Source: Pseudomonadota bacterium
GTDB taxonomy: Bacteria > Pseudomonadota > Alphaproteobacteria > Caulobacterales > Hyphomonadaceae
Direction: 5' to 3'
Assembly: GCA_039194965.1 (NCBI GenBank)
Contig: JBCCVQ010000015.1
Span: forward strand, 22,675-86,674
DNA: 64,000 nucleotides
Position numbers and translations under genes: made by a program
Notes under the pieces: generated by a model
What the model saw: only the letters and a program-made list of their open reading frames with translations
What the model was told of the DNA's origin: nothing
Databases searched by the model: none
Shown here: positions 52,366-62,611 of the stretch, piece after piece
Position numbering within the stretch: position 1 is the stretch's first letter
How the letters are laid out: every line of letters begins with the position of its first letter

Positions 52366-53856
52366 CTATCCTCCCGCCATCTGGGCGAGTGCGTGGAGTG
52401 ATGATTCACGCGTGATGTCGAAGATGAGATTTGGCAAAATACCGAACAAGATCGTGCCGATCGCCAATGGGATGAGGCAGATCATTTCTTTGATGTTGAC
52501 GTCTTCGATGGTCTCCAATTCTGGATTGGTGATCTTGCCGAACACTGTGCGGCGATACAGGGTCAACATATAGACCGCAGAGAAAATCACGCCGAGCGCT
52601 GCACCCGCAGCGGCCCAGGTATTGGCTTGATAGGCCCCGACCATGGTCAGGATCTCCCCGACAAAACCACTGGTCCCTGGCAGGCCAACATTCGCCATGG
52701 TGAATAACATGAAGAGCGTCGCATAGACTGGCATCCGATGCACCAATCCACCATAAGCGGCAATCTCCCGCGTGTGCATGCGGTCATAGACGACGCCAAC
52801 GATCAAAAAGAGAGCCCCAGAGATCAGACCATGGCTGAGCATCTGGAACACAGCGCCTTGTACGCCATACTCGGTGAACGAGAAGATGCCGAGCGTGACA
52901 AATCCCATATGCGCCACGGATGAGTAAGCGATGAGCTTCTTCATGTCCGTCTGACGCCACGCAACCAGCGAAGCGTAGACAATGGCGACCACTGACACGA
53001 CGAAAATGAAAGGCTGGAAGAATAGGCTCGCATCCGGGAACATCGGCAAGCTGAAGCGCAGGAAGCCATAGCCACCCATTTTCAGCAATATACCCGCCAG
53101 AATAACCGAGCCTGCTGTCGGCGCCTGCACGTGCGCGTCGGGCAGCCATGTATGGACCGGCCACATGGGAAGTTTCACCGCAAACGAGGCGAAGAAGGCC
53201 AACCATAGCCAGATCTGCGCATCCTTGGCGAACTCAAACTGTTCGAGTTGAACGACATCCGATGTGCCAGCGGTCAGATACATATAGACCACTGCGGCCA
53301 GCATGAAGAGCGACCCAAGCAGCGTATAGAGGAAGAATTTGAAACTCGCATAAATGCGATCAATGCCGCCCCAGACGCCGATAATTATGAACATCGGGAT
53401 GAGACCAGCTTCGAAGAACACGTAGAAGACGACGAGATCGAGCGCACAGAAAACGCCAATCATGAACGTCTCAAGCACCAGGAATGAGACGATATATTCG
53501 GTCAATCGGTGCTTGATTGAGCCTATGCTGGCGATAAGGGCGATCGGGGTTAGTAAAGTCGTCAACAAGATCAGCAAGAGCGACATGCCGTCGACGCCCA
53601 TCTTGTATTTTATCCCAGAGAACCAATCGACTTCTTCGACCAGCTGATAGCCGGTGCCGTTCATGTCGAAGCTGAAGAACATGAAAATGGAGACAACGAA
53701 TGTCGCGCCGCTGAACATCAGCCCCGCATACATAACGCGCTCGTCTTCGGTCCCGTCCGGACGCATCTGTGTACCGGTCAGCATTTTGACCAGAAGAATC
53801 AACACCGCTCCCGCAAGCGGAATGAAGGTCACCGCAGAAAGAATTGGGAAATCCAT
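52366..53856 (-). CDS. nuoM: NADH-quinone oxidoreductase subunit M
   Basis: 496-aa antiporter-like subunit with [28 protein letters not shown]. It is TAATG-coupled to nuoL. Confidence 0.95.
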   Translation of the reverse strand: MDFPILSAVTFIPLAGAVLILLVKMLTGTQMRPDGTEDERVMYAGLMFSGATFVVSIFMFFSFDMNGTGYQLVEEVDWFSGIKYKMGVDGMSLLLILLTTLLTPIALIASIGSIKHRLTEYIVSFLVLETFMIGVFCALDLVVFYVFFEAGLIPMFIIIGVWGGIDRIYASFKFFLYTLLGSLFMLAAVVYMYLTAGTSDVVQLEQFEFAKDAQIWLWLAFFASFAVKLPMWPVHTWLPDAHVQAPTAGSVILAGILLKMGGYGFLRFSLPMFPDASLFFQPFIFVVSVVAIVYASLVAWRQTDMKKLIAYSSVAHMGFVTLGIFSFTEYGVQGAVFQMLSHGLISGALFLIVGVVYDRMHTREIAAYGGLVHRMPVYATLFMLFTMANVGLPGTSGFVGEILTMVGAYQANTWAAAGAALGVIFSAVYMLTLYRRTVFGKITNPELETIEDVNIKEMICLIPLAIGTILFGILPNLIFDITRESSLHALAQMAGG

Positions 53857-55964
53857 TAGCCTGCACCTCCGCCGCGCAAGAATAGGATCGCTCCAAACAC
53901 CAGAGCCGCGCCAATGATCACAAACGCATAGTGATAAAGATAACCGGTATGCATTGCGGACAAGCGCCGCGAGCTCCAGCGAACAAGGGCCGCAACGCCG
54001 TCAGGGCCAACGCCATCAACGACCTTTTTGTCGCCGGTCTTGAAGATGTCACCCAACCAAGCCGTCCCGCGAACGAGCGTCGCATTGTACAGCTCGTCGA
54101 AATACCACTTATTGGCGAACAGGGCGTGGAGCGGCCCGCCATTCTGCGCAATTTTTGCGCCCACACCGCGATTGATTAGGTAGGTGAATGTAGCGATGAG
54201 GAAGCCGGTTACCGTTACGATTAACGGCGCCCAGAACACCCATTCTGGGACATCATACTTGTCCTTGAGCACCGTGTTTTCCTTGGCTGTGTAAATCGCG
54301 CCGTCCCAAAACGCTTTGTAATCGTGCCCGACGAACGCGTCATAGAAATACCAACCCGCAAATACTGCCCCGAGACTGAGCAGGCCTAACGGAATGAGCA
54401 TGACCATGGGCGACTCATGCGGATCGCCGTGGTGGTGGTCATCATGTCCATGCGCTTCGTCGTGATGAGGCTCGGCGCGCGGACCGTGGAACGTCATGTA
54501 AATCAGGCGCCAGGAATAGAAGCTGGTCAGCAAGGCTGCGACAATGCCGAACCAGAACGCCAGTTGGGCGAAAGCAACGCCTTTCGTTCCAGCCGCAAAG
54601 GCGGTTTCGATAATTGCGTCTTTTGAGAAGAACCCTGACAGGCCCCACACATGCGGTAAGCCTAGACCGATAATCGCGATCGTGCCGATCATCATCGCGC
54701 CATAAGTTAGCGGCATATAGCGGGCAAACCCGCCCATGTTCCGCATATCCTGCTCATGGTGCGCACCGTGAATGACTGCACCGGCCCCGAGGAAGAGCAG
54801 CGCTTTGAAGAAAGCGTGCGTGAACAAGTGGAACATCGCCGCTTCATACGCGCCAACACCGGCTGCGAAGAACATGTAACCGAGCTGCGAACAGGTCGAA
54901 TAGGCAATCACCCGTTTGATATCGTTCTGCGCCATGCCGACGGTCGCCGCATAGAGCGCAGTGACGGCGCCAATCAGGGCGATCATGGAGGCTGCGAATG
55001 GTGCATATTCATAAATTGGTGAAACCAGGCAGACCAAGTAAACACCCGCCGTCACCATCGTTGCGGCGTGGATGAGCGCCGATACAGGCGTTGGCCCTTC
55101 CATCGCATCAGGTAGCCAGACATGTAGGAAGAATTGCGCTGATTTCCCCATTGCGCCGATGAACAGCAATACGCCGATCAGTTCCAGCGCTGGGATGTTC
55201 CAATTGAGGAAAGGCACGACCAGCTCGCGCACCGTGCCTGCTTCGGCGAGTGCCAATGGCACGACTTCGGCATTCTCCTTGATCGCAGCCAGGACGGTAT
55301 CGAATTCGACCGATCCAAATACAAGGAAGACCGCCATAATGCCGAGGGCTAAACCGAAATCTCCCACCCGATTGGTCACGAACGCTTTAATCGCCGCATC
55401 GTTGGGGGCTTTGTTTTGATACCAGAAGCCGATCAGCAGATAAGACGCGAGGCCGACGCCTTCCCAGCCGAAGAAAAGCTGGATGAAATTGTCGGCGGTC
55501 ACCAGCATCAACATCGCAAATGTAAAGAGGGACAAATAGGCAAAGAACCGCGCTTTGTGCGGATCCTCTTCCATATAACCCCAGCTATACAGATGAACGA
55601 GGCCCGAGACGCTGGTGATAACGGCCATCATCACAATCGACATGGCGTCAACGCGGATGGCCCAATCGGCTTTGAATTGACCGACTTCCATCCACGTAAA
55701 AAGCTTTATTACATGATGCCCAGCATAGCTTGCGGCTTCGCCTGTATCGGCCGCCAATGACGCATGCTCTGCATGTCCGGCGCCGCCAGCGCCCGCAGCG
55801 TACATAAACAACTGATAAAGCGATAAAACGCCCGCCATCAAGACGATTGTAGTGGTGACAACCATCGCGCCACGATCGCCAATAAATCGCTGGAACAAGC
55901 CCGCGACGAGCGCTGCGAGGCCGGGTCCGAGGACGATGAATTGAAGGGCTTCGTCAAATAACAT
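53856..55964 (-). CDS. nuoL: NADH-quinone oxidoreductase subunit L
   Basis: 702 aa with WLPDAMEGPTPVSALIHAATMVTAGVY and a long C-terminal extension consistent with the lateral helix. Confidence 0.95.
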   Translation of the reverse strand: MLFDEALQFIVLGPGLAALVAGLFQRFIGDRGAMVVTTTIVLMAGVLSLYQLFMYAAGAGGAGHAEHASLAADTGEAASYAGHHVIKLFTWMEVGQFKADWAIRVDAMSIVMMAVITSVSGLVHLYSWGYMEEDPHKARFFAYLSLFTFAMLMLVTADNFIQLFFGWEGVGLASYLLIGFWYQNKAPNDAAIKAFVTNRVGDFGLALGIMAVFLVFGSVEFDTVLAAIKENAEVVPLALAEAGTVRELVVPFLNWNIPALELIGVLLFIGAMGKSAQFFLHVWLPDAMEGPTPVSALIHAATMVTAGVYLVCLVSPIYEYAPFAASMIALIGAVTALYAATVGMAQNDIKRVIAYSTCSQLGYMFFAAGVGAYEAAMFHLFTHAFFKALLFLGAGAVIHGAHHEQDMRNMGGFARYMPLTYGAMMIGTIAIIGLGLPHVWGLSGFFSKDAIIETAFAAGTKGVAFAQLAFWFGIVAALLTSFYSWRLIYMTFHGPRAEPHHDEAHGHDDHHHGDPHESPMVMLIPLGLLSLGAVFAGWYFYDAFVGHDYKAFWDGAIYTAKENTVLKDKYDVPEWVFWAPLIVTVTGFLIATFTYLINRGVGAKIAQNGGPLHALFANKWYFDELYNATLVRGTAWLGDIFKTGDKKVVDGVGPDGVAALVRWSSRRLSAMHTGYLYHYAFVIIGAALVFGAILFLRGGGAG

Positions 55965-55970
55965 GTGGCC

Positions 55971-56279
55971 TTATCCCTTCATCAAATCGACGCTCTCGAC
56001 CGCAATGTCTCCGCGATTGCGGAAATAGACGACGAGAATGGCGAGCCCTACGGCGGCTTCTGCGGCCGCAACGGTCAAAACCAGCATGGCAAAAATCTGA
56101 CCGGCAATAGTGCCGGAAAAGACTGAGAAAGCGACCAAATTGATATTCACCGACAAGAGGATGAGTTCGATCGCCATCAGAATGACGATGATGTTTTTGC
56201 GGTTCACGAAAATGCCGACCACGCCAATTGTGAACAGAATGGCTGAGACAGTCAGGAAGTGGTTGATGGTCAATTCCAT
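55971..56279 (-). CDS. nuoK: NADH-quinone oxidoreductase subunit K
   Basis: 102 aa with three TM helices and [16 protein letters not shown]. Confidence 0.95.
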   Translation of the reverse strand: MELTINHFLTVSAILFTIGVVGIFVNRKNIIVILMAIELILLSVNINLVAFSVFSGTIAGQIFAMLVLTVAAAEAAVGLAILVVYFRNRGDIAVESVDLMKG

Positions 56280-56281
56280 AT

Positions 56282-56875
56282 CTAGATCCCCTTCCCTGGT
56301 TCGACTTCGACCTTTTCGATCGCGTCTTCACGGCGGCGGGAGGTTTGCCGGGCAATGTTCTGCCGCTTCACGCCTGGCCGCTCGCGCAGTGTCAGAACGA
56401 TGGCGCCAATCATTGCAACCAGCAGGATCAATCCAGCCATTTGGAACAGCAAGAAATAGTCGGTGTACATAACCTGGCCGATGGCTTCGGTATTCGTTTC
56501 AGCCCCTGGTGAAGCATCAAAAGTGGTCGTGCTTCCCGTACCCCGTGCGAAGCTTGCCAAGGCAATCTCTGCGATAAAAGCGAGACCGATCAACGTCGCA
56601 AAGGGCCAGTATCGCAGTGTGCCTTGCTTGAGTTCAACAAAGTCGACATCGAGCATCATCACGACGAATAAGAACAAGACCGCGACAGCGCCGACATAAA
56701 CAACCACGAGCAGCATGGCGAGGAACTCTGCCCCGACCAGCACGAACAAACCGGCTGCGGTGAAGAAAGTTAGGATCAACCATAGGACCGAATGCACCGG
56801 ATTCTTGGCCATAATCACGGCCAAGGCGGACACGGTCACAATCGCCGCGAAAATATAGAAGGCAATCAGTTCCAC
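56282..56875 (-). CDS. nuoJ: NADH-quinone oxidoreductase subunit J
   Basis: 197 aa. The N-terminus [32 protein letters not shown] is typical of NuoJ. Confidence 0.93.
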   Translation of the reverse strand: MELIAFYIFAAIVTVSALAVIMAKNPVHSVLWLILTFFTAAGLFVLVGAEFLAMLLVVVYVGAVAVLFLFVVMMLDVDFVELKQGTLRYWPFATLIGLAFIAEIALASFARGTGSTTTFDASPGAETNTEAIGQVMYTDYFLLFQMAGLILLVAMIGAIVLTLRERPGVKRQNIARQTSRRREDAIEKVEVEPGKGI

Positions 56876-56927
56876 TGTTTCAGCCCCAAGTCCCTTCCGG
56901 CGGTTTCCCGCCCCTCAATTGCGAACG

Positions 56928-57413
56928 CTACCGATACGGCGCGTCCAGTTCTAAGTTCTTTGCAATGAGTCGTTCCCAGCGGTCCCCATTCGCCAGCAAT
57001 TTCTCTTTATCGTAATACAGTTCTTCGCGCGTCTCGGTGGCGAACTCGAAGTTCGGCCCTTCGACAATCGCGTCCACCGGACAAGCTTCCTGACAGAAGC
57101 CGCAATAGATGCACTTCACCATGTCGATGTCATAGCGCGTGGTGCGGCGCGAGCCGTCTTCGCGGGGCTCGGCCTCAATCGTAATCGCTTGCGCCGGACA
57201 GATCGCCTCGCAGAGCTTACAGGCAATGCAGCGCTCTTCGCCATTTGGATAACGGCGCAACGCGTGTTCTCCGCGAAATCGCGGACTGAGCGGGTTCTTT
57301 TCGAACGGGTAATTCACCGTCGCTTTGCGCTTGAACATTTCAGAAATGCCGAGCCCGAAGGCCGACAAGAAATCGGTCAGTAACGCGCCTCGAATGGTCT
57401 GAACTAAGCTCAT
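56928..57413 (-). CDS. nuoI: NADH-quinone oxidoreductase subunit I
   Basis: 161 aa with two 4Fe-4S ferredoxin motifs, [12 protein letters not shown] and [12 protein letters not shown]. Confidence 0.96.
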   Translation of the reverse strand: MSLVQTIRGALLTDFLSAFGLGISEMFKRKATVNYPFEKNPLSPRFRGEHALRRYPNGEERCIACKLCEAICPAQAITIEAEPREDGSRRTTRYDIDMVKCIYCGFCQEACPVDAIVEGPNFEFATETREELYYDKEKLLANGDRWERLIAKNLELDAPYR

Positions 57414-58486
57414 GCTTGAACTCCCGCATAGACGACATATCCCCCAACAATCACCACAGCCGCGAGCGCCGTTGGGAGGAAGATCTTCCAGCCCAACCGC
57501 ATCAGCTGATCATACCGATAACGCGGCACGACGGCCTTCACGAGGGCGAAGAGGAAGAAGAAAAAGACCAGCTTGGCCATGAACCAGGCAAGGTGCCCAA
57601 GGTTCACGATCCACTCCGGGAACATGTTCACGAAGTCAGCGCTCAGAGGGATTGGCCCATGCCATCCGCCGAGGAAAAGGATGGTCATCATGGCGCACAT
57701 TAGGACGATGTTGAGGTACTCGCCGAACATGAAGAGGAGGTAGGGAGTAGCTGAGTATTCGACCTGATACCCGGCGACCAGTTCGGACTCGGCTTCGGGG
57801 AGGTCGAAGGGCGGGCGGTTGGTTTCGGCCAGGGCGGACACGAAAAACATCACGAAAGCAGCCAACATCACTGGAATCATTGGGAAATGTTCGAAAGTGA
57901 TCAAGTGCCACGTCCAGAAACCACCATCCTGCGCATCAACAATCTCCGTTAGGTTCATCGATCCGGCCAGGAGGATGACGGTGATGATAATCAGTCCGAT
58001 TGAAACTTCATAAGACACCATCTGCGCGGCGCTGCGGAGCGAGGCCAGGAAGGGATATTTCGAGTTCGAAGCCCAGCCGCCCATGATGATGCCATAGACG
58101 CCGAGTGAGGAAATCGCGAACAGGTAAAGGATCCCGACATTGATGTCGGAGATCACCCAACCGGGGGCAACCGGAATGGCGGCCCAAGCGGCGAAGGCCA
58201 GCGTCAGGGTCAATATCGGCGCGATCAGGAAGACGGTTTTATTCGCCCCCGCGGGAATAATGATCTCTTTCAGCAAGAACTTTCCGAAATCTGCAAAGCT
58301 CTGCATCAAGCCAAAGGGGCCGACCACGTTCGGGCCTTTGCGCATCATGACGGCCGCCCAGACTTTACGGTCGAGCAGGAGCAGGAAAGCAATCGACAAA
58401 GACAAAACCAGCGTGAATAGGCCAATCTGGCCAAGCACCAGAAGCCAACCGGTCAGCGCGCCATATTGTTCGATCAAACCACTCAT
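57410..58486 (-). CDS. nuoH: NADH-quinone oxidoreductase subunit H
   Basis: 358 aa with [26 protein letters not shown], and [20 protein letters not shown]. Confidence 0.96.
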   Translation of the reverse strand: MSGLIEQYGALTGWLLVLGQIGLFTLVLSLSIAFLLLLDRKVWAAVMMRKGPNVVGPFGLMQSFADFGKFLLKEIIIPAGANKTVFLIAPILTLTLAFAAWAAIPVAPGWVISDINVGILYLFAISSLGVYGIIMGGWASNSKYPFLASLRSAAQMVSYEVSIGLIIITVILLAGSMNLTEIVDAQDGGFWTWHLITFEHFPMIPVMLAAFVMFFVSALAETNRPPFDLPEAESELVAGYQVEYSATPYLLFMFGEYLNIVLMCAMMTILFLGGWHGPIPLSADFVNMFPEWIVNLGHLAWFMAKLVFFFFLFALVKAVVPRYRYDQLMRLGWKIFLPTALAAVVIVGGYVVYAGVQA

Positions 58487-58495
58487 CGATCCGCC

Positions 58496-60595
58496 CTATT
58501 CTGCTGCCATCACGGTTGCAACACCTTGTTTTTGAAGCGAACACTCCGCCATCGTCTTCGACGCCCGGGCGATCGGATTGGTCAGGTAAAAGTCCTCGAT
58601 CGCTGCCGAGAATGGCGTGCTGCTAAGGCTGCTGCCGCCGGCATCAATCGGCGCCTTCAACGCTTCGACCCCTGCGTCCCCAGGCGCATAGCCAAACCCT
58701 GAGAAGACGTCATTCTGCTCGCGCAATGCCGCCCGCAATTCATCGGCTGAGTCGTAGGGCAAGGTTTTACCCACCACATCCGACAGCGCCCGGAAGATCG
58801 CCCACGCCTCTCGCGCTTCGCCTTTTGGCTGTACGGCGCGGCGGGTCATCTGAACCCGGCCTTCGGTGTTCACATAAGTCGCGACCATTTCGGTATAGGC
58901 GGCGGCGGGCAGGATAATGTCCGCTTTGCTCGCCCCGGCATCGCCATGGCTGCCGACATAGATGATCGTCGCATTACCGGTCTTAGACAGGTCGACTTCA
59001 TCGGCGCCCAAAAGCACCACGGTTTCCATCTCTCCGCCAAGGATACGCGCCGTATTACCCCCGTTTTCGCCGGGGATAAATCCGACATCCAACGCGCCGA
59101 CCCGGCCTGCCGCAGAGTGCAGAATTCCGAACCCGGCCCAGTCGTCCTTGATGGCTTGGATGTCCAGCGCATAGTCATGCGCCTTGGCGAGAATGGCCGC
59201 TCCGTCTTCGCGCGCGAGCACGCTTTCGCCGACGACAATCATCGGTTTTTCGGCATTCCGAAGTGCCTCGCAAATGCTGCTATCTCTCGCTGAAATGCCG
59301 CTCAAACTCGCTGAACTGTCACCGAGATGCTCGTAATCATAGGTCAGGTCGGCGGCTTCGCCGATGACGCCCACTTTCAGATCATTCCACAGCCAAGCTT
59401 TGCGAATTCGCGCATTCCACACCGCCGCCTCAACTCGCGGGTTTACCCCGATGAGGAGCAAAGCGTCCGCCTCTTCCACACCGGCGAGGGTTGGATTGAG
59501 CAGATAATGCTCACGCACTCCGTCTGTGCCATAGGTGGCGCCAGCGGGTCGACAATCGGTGTTCTGCACGCCGAGTGCTCGGGCGAGATCAAACGCCGCT
59601 TTAGCTTGTTCGACTTCGATCAGATCCCCGGCGATGAAACCTATCTTCTCCGGCGCGCCAGAGAGCGCTGCTTTTACGGCATCGAAAGCTTCGCCCCAAT
59701 TGACCGGGGTGAGTTTGCCATCCTTGCGGACATAAGGCTTGTCCAGACGTTGGCGCGCCAGACCGTCCCAAATGAAACGCGACTTGTCGGACAGCCATTC
59801 TTCATTCACCGCTTCATTGATCACCGGCATGATACGCATCACCGCATCGCCTTTGGCATCGACGCGGATGTTCGAGCCGAGCCCATCCATGATGTCGACG
59901 CTCTCCGTCTTGCGCAATTCCCAGGGGCGGGCGTTGAATGCATAAGGCTTAGAGGTCAGCGCGCCGACCGGGCAGAGGTCGATGACATTGCCGGAGAGTT
60001 CAGAGCTCAGGCTCTCTTCGAGATAGGTGGTGATCTCGGCATTTTCGCCGCGCGAAATCATGCCAATCTCTTCGACGCCTGCGACTTCGGCGGCAAAGCG
60101 GACACAGCGTGTGCATTGGATGCAGCGGGTCATGATGGTCTTGACCAGGGGGCCCATATTCTTGTCTTCAACCGCGCGCTTGTTCAGCTCATAACGGCTA
60201 TCGGCGCGGCCATAGGCCACCGCCTGGTCTTGCAAGTCACACTCCCCGCCTTGGTCGCAAATCGGGCAATCCAACGGATGGTTGATGAGCAGGAATTCCA
60301 TCACGCCATTGCGGGCTTTTTCGACATAGTCGCCTTTGGTCGAGATGTTTGGCGGCGTGCCATCCGGGTTCATTCGCATATCGCCCACCGTCTGCGCACA
60401 AGACGCAATCGGCTTCGGCGCGCCATGCCATTGGACCAGACACATCCGGCAATTACCAGCGACGGACAGCCGCTCATGATAACAAAAGCGCGGGATCTCA
60501 GCGCCCGCGGCCTCGCAGGCCTGCATCAACGTGTACGAGCGCGGGACTTCAACGTCCTCGCCGTCAATGTTCAGTTTGAAAAGATCGTCGGACAT
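58496..60595 (-). CDS. nuoG: NADH-quinone oxidoreductase subunit G
   Basis: 699 aa. It has the N-terminal 2Fe-2S motif CYHERLSVAGNCRMC, the 4Fe-4S motifs HPLDCPICDQGGEC and CIQCTRCVRF, and a molybdopterin-oxidoreductase-like domain. Confidence 0.96.
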   Translation of the reverse strand: MSDDLFKLNIDGEDVEVPRSYTLMQACEAAGAEIPRFCYHERLSVAGNCRMCLVQWHGAPKPIASCAQTVGDMRMNPDGTPPNISTKGDYVEKARNGVMEFLLINHPLDCPICDQGGECDLQDQAVAYGRADSRYELNKRAVEDKNMGPLVKTIMTRCIQCTRCVRFAAEVAGVEEIGMISRGENAEITTYLEESLSSELSGNVIDLCPVGALTSKPYAFNARPWELRKTESVDIMDGLGSNIRVDAKGDAVMRIMPVINEAVNEEWLSDKSRFIWDGLARQRLDKPYVRKDGKLTPVNWGEAFDAVKAALSGAPEKIGFIAGDLIEVEQAKAAFDLARALGVQNTDCRPAGATYGTDGVREHYLLNPTLAGVEEADALLLIGVNPRVEAAVWNARIRKAWLWNDLKVGVIGEAADLTYDYEHLGDSSASLSGISARDSSICEALRNAEKPMIVVGESVLAREDGAAILAKAHDYALDIQAIKDDWAGFGILHSAAGRVGALDVGFIPGENGGNTARILGGEMETVVLLGADEVDLSKTGNATIIYVGSHGDAGASKADIILPAAAYTEMVATYVNTEGRVQMTRRAVQPKGEAREAWAIFRALSDVVGKTLPYDSADELRAALREQNDVFSGFGYAPGDAGVEALKAPIDAGGSSLSSTPFSAAIEDFYLTNPIARASKTMAECSLQKQGVATVMAAE

Positions 60596-61104
60596 TAGCG
60601 CTCGCTCCTGTTCGAAATTCTGTTCACCAATTCTTCGGCGTGTTCAGAAAATGCACTGCAATTCTGCAACTGGGTCCAAAGCAATCCGTTACGCAGAGTT
60701 AGAACAATCCAAATCGGATCTTCGGGGGTTCCAAACATGCCGGGCACAAAGTCACCGTTACAAGTGTTCATTCCCTGCTCGAACTCGCAATGCGAGTTGT
60801 ACGAGACTGAACTAACACCGTTAAGATGCGCGATTACCACATCGCCCGATGCGGCACCTTTATAAGACTCCACAATCTTAAAACTTCCGATTGGGCGAAA
60901 TGGATCTCGTGGTCGATCGTACTTCGTACAGACTTTCATTGGCGTAAGTTGTGCATCCAACATGTATCCTTTGAAAACTAGATCGGCTTCCGAGAACTCT
61001 CGTTCAGCGACAGCTTCTCTATCATTGATGACGCACGAGCACGCTGATGCGACTGGTGCACCGAGCACAGCCACAAACAGAAGACTAAAGGCGAATCGTA
61101 GCAT
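60595..61104 (-). CDS. Secreted Cys-rich hypothetical protein (mature N-terminus CSC; TIMP/NTR-like pattern) inserted between nuoF and nuoG
   Basis: 169 aa with the signal peptide MLRFAFSLLFVAVLGAPVASA followed by CSCV. It starts 3 nt after the nuoF stop, and its stop shares one base with the nuoG ATG (TAATG). It is markedly AT-richer than its flanks. Confidence 0.65.
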   Translation of the reverse strand: MLRFAFSLLFVAVLGAPVASACSCVINDREAVAEREFSEADLVFKGYMLDAQLTPMKVCTKYDRPRDPFRPIGSFKIVESYKGAASGDVVIAHLNGVSSVSYNSHCEFEQGMNTCNGDFVPGMFGTPEDPIWIVLTLRNGLLWTQLQNCSAFSEHAEELVNRISNRSER

Positions 61105-61107
61105 CCC

Positions 61108-62415
61108 CTACTCCGCCGCCACCGTATGACCCTGCACCAACGCCCGTGGCGCGCGGTACTGGATGATGCGTTCTTCGATTTCATGCCGGAAGTGGCGGAT
61201 GAGGCCTTGGACGGGCCAGGCGGCCGCGTCGCCAAGGGCGCAAATGGTGTGGCCTTCGACTTGTTTGGAGACGTCGAGCAGCTTGTCGATATCGGCATGA
61301 TGCGCTTCGCCGGTGACCATTTGCTCGAGCACGCGCCACATCCAGCCGGTGCCTTCTCGGCACGGCGTACACTGGCCGCAGCTTTCATGCTTGTAGAAGT
61401 AAGAAATCCGAGCAATCGCGTGGATCAGGTCGGTCGACTTGTCCATGACGATGACCGCTGCCGTACCGAGGCCCGATTGCAAGTCGCGCAAAGTGTCGAA
61501 ATCCATATGCGCGTCCATGATTTGTTCGGCCGGCACCATGGGCACCGATGAGCCGCCGGGGATCACGGCTTTGAGATTGTCCCAGCCGCCGCGAATGCCG
61601 CCGCAATGCGTATCGATTAAGTCCTTGAACGTAATCGACATTTCTTCTTCAATATTGCAGGGCGCGTTGACGTGGCCGGAAATGCAGAACAGCTTCGTAC
61701 CGGTATTATTCGGGCGTCCGAACCCGGCAAACCACCCGGCCCCGCGGCGCAGAATGGTTGGCGCGACCGCGATTGATTCAACATTGTTCACCGTCGTCGG
61801 GCAGCCATAAAGACCGGCATTGGCCGGGAATGGCGGCTTCAAACGTGGCTGACCTTTCTTGCCTTCCAGGCTTTCTAGGAGCGCGGTTTCTTCGCCGCAA
61901 ATATAAGCGCCTGCGCCGTGATGGACGTAGAGATCGAAGTCCCAGCCATTGACATTGTCTTTGCCGATCAGTTTGGCTTCATAGGCCTCTTTGACCGCTT
62001 TCTCGAGTGCCTCACGCTCCGCGATATATTCGCCGCGCAGATAGACGTAACAGGCATGCGCGCGCATCGCCCGGCTCGCGACCATGCAGCCTTCGATCAG
62101 CAGATGCGGATCATGGCGCATAATCTCGCGGTCTTTACAGGTGCCGGGTTCGGACTCATCGGCGTTGACGACCAAATAGTGCGGTCGATCACCAACGCTC
62201 TTGGGCATGAAGGTCCATTTTAGCCCGGTTGGGAATCCCGCGCCGCCGCGACCGCGCAGGCCGCTCTCTTTGATCTGGTTGCAAATCCAGTCGGGGCCTT
62301 GCGCCAGCATTTCGCGGGTTAGGTGCCAGGCCCCGCGCTTCTTAGCGCCTTCTAACCCAGGATCATGGGCGCCATAGAGATTGGTAAAGATACGATCTTT
62401 ATCTTGAAGCATCAT
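61108..62415 (-). CDS. nuoF: NADH-quinone oxidoreductase subunit F
   Basis: 435 aa with [11 protein letters not shown], the FMN/NADH site [10 protein letters not shown] and the N3 cluster motif [12 protein letters not shown]. Confidence 0.97.
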   Translation of the reverse strand: MMLQDKDRIFTNLYGAHDPGLEGAKKRGAWHLTREMLAQGPDWICNQIKESGLRGRGGAGFPTGLKWTFMPKSVGDRPHYLVVNADESEPGTCKDREIMRHDPHLLIEGCMVASRAMRAHACYVYLRGEYIAEREALEKAVKEAYEAKLIGKDNVNGWDFDLYVHHGAGAYICGEETALLESLEGKKGQPRLKPPFPANAGLYGCPTTVNNVESIAVAPTILRRGAGWFAGFGRPNNTGTKLFCISGHVNAPCNIEEEMSITFKDLIDTHCGGIRGGWDNLKAVIPGGSSVPMVPAEQIMDAHMDFDTLRDLQSGLGTAAVIVMDKSTDLIHAIARISYFYKHESCGQCTPCREGTGWMWRVLEQMVTGEAHHADIDKLLDVSKQVEGHTICALGDAAAWPVQGLIRHFRHEIEERIIQYRAPRALVQGHTVAAE

Positions 62416-62611
62416 TTTGCTCCTTCATCTCGCGAATGGCGGAAATCATCAGCGGTGCGGCGACGCCCGTGGCGATAAAGATCGCGCCGAGGATCCAGAC
62501 CATGTTTCCAGATGTCACAAATAGAGCCACGCCAAGCGCGATGATGACAAAATCAATCACAGCGGCGAGCATCAGCTTTCGGCGGGGATCCGGTTTTTCG
62601 ACCAGTGCCAT
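62399..62611 (-). CDS. Two-TM micro-protein (unidentified reading frame) between nuoE and nuoF
   Basis: 70 aa with two hydrophobic helices ([20 protein letters not shown] and [19 protein letters not shown]). Its start is TAATG-coupled to the nuoE stop, and its 3-prime end overlaps the nuoF start by 17 nt. Confidence 0.55.
   Translation of the reverse strand: MALVEKPDPRRKLMLAAVIDFVIIALGVALFVTSGNMVWILGAIFIATGVAAPLMISAIREMKEQNDASR

Noticed and set aside
54418-54483. Histidine-rich loop in NuoL (PRAEPHHDEAHGHDDHHHGDPHE)
   Set aside because: From memory, alphaproteobacterial NuoL/Nqo12 proteins carry a His-containing segment ending in HESP at this position. This looks like an expanded version of a family feature rather than a separate element or metal-binding insertion worth a claim.
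59327-60598. 423-aa plus-strand ORF, the longest unassigned ORF in the track
   Set aside because: It lies entirely antisense to nuoG, whose Fe-S motifs are unambiguous. Its translation is Arg/Ala/His-rich and low-complexity with no recognisable motifs. This is the usual shadow ORF found opposite a GC-biased gene.
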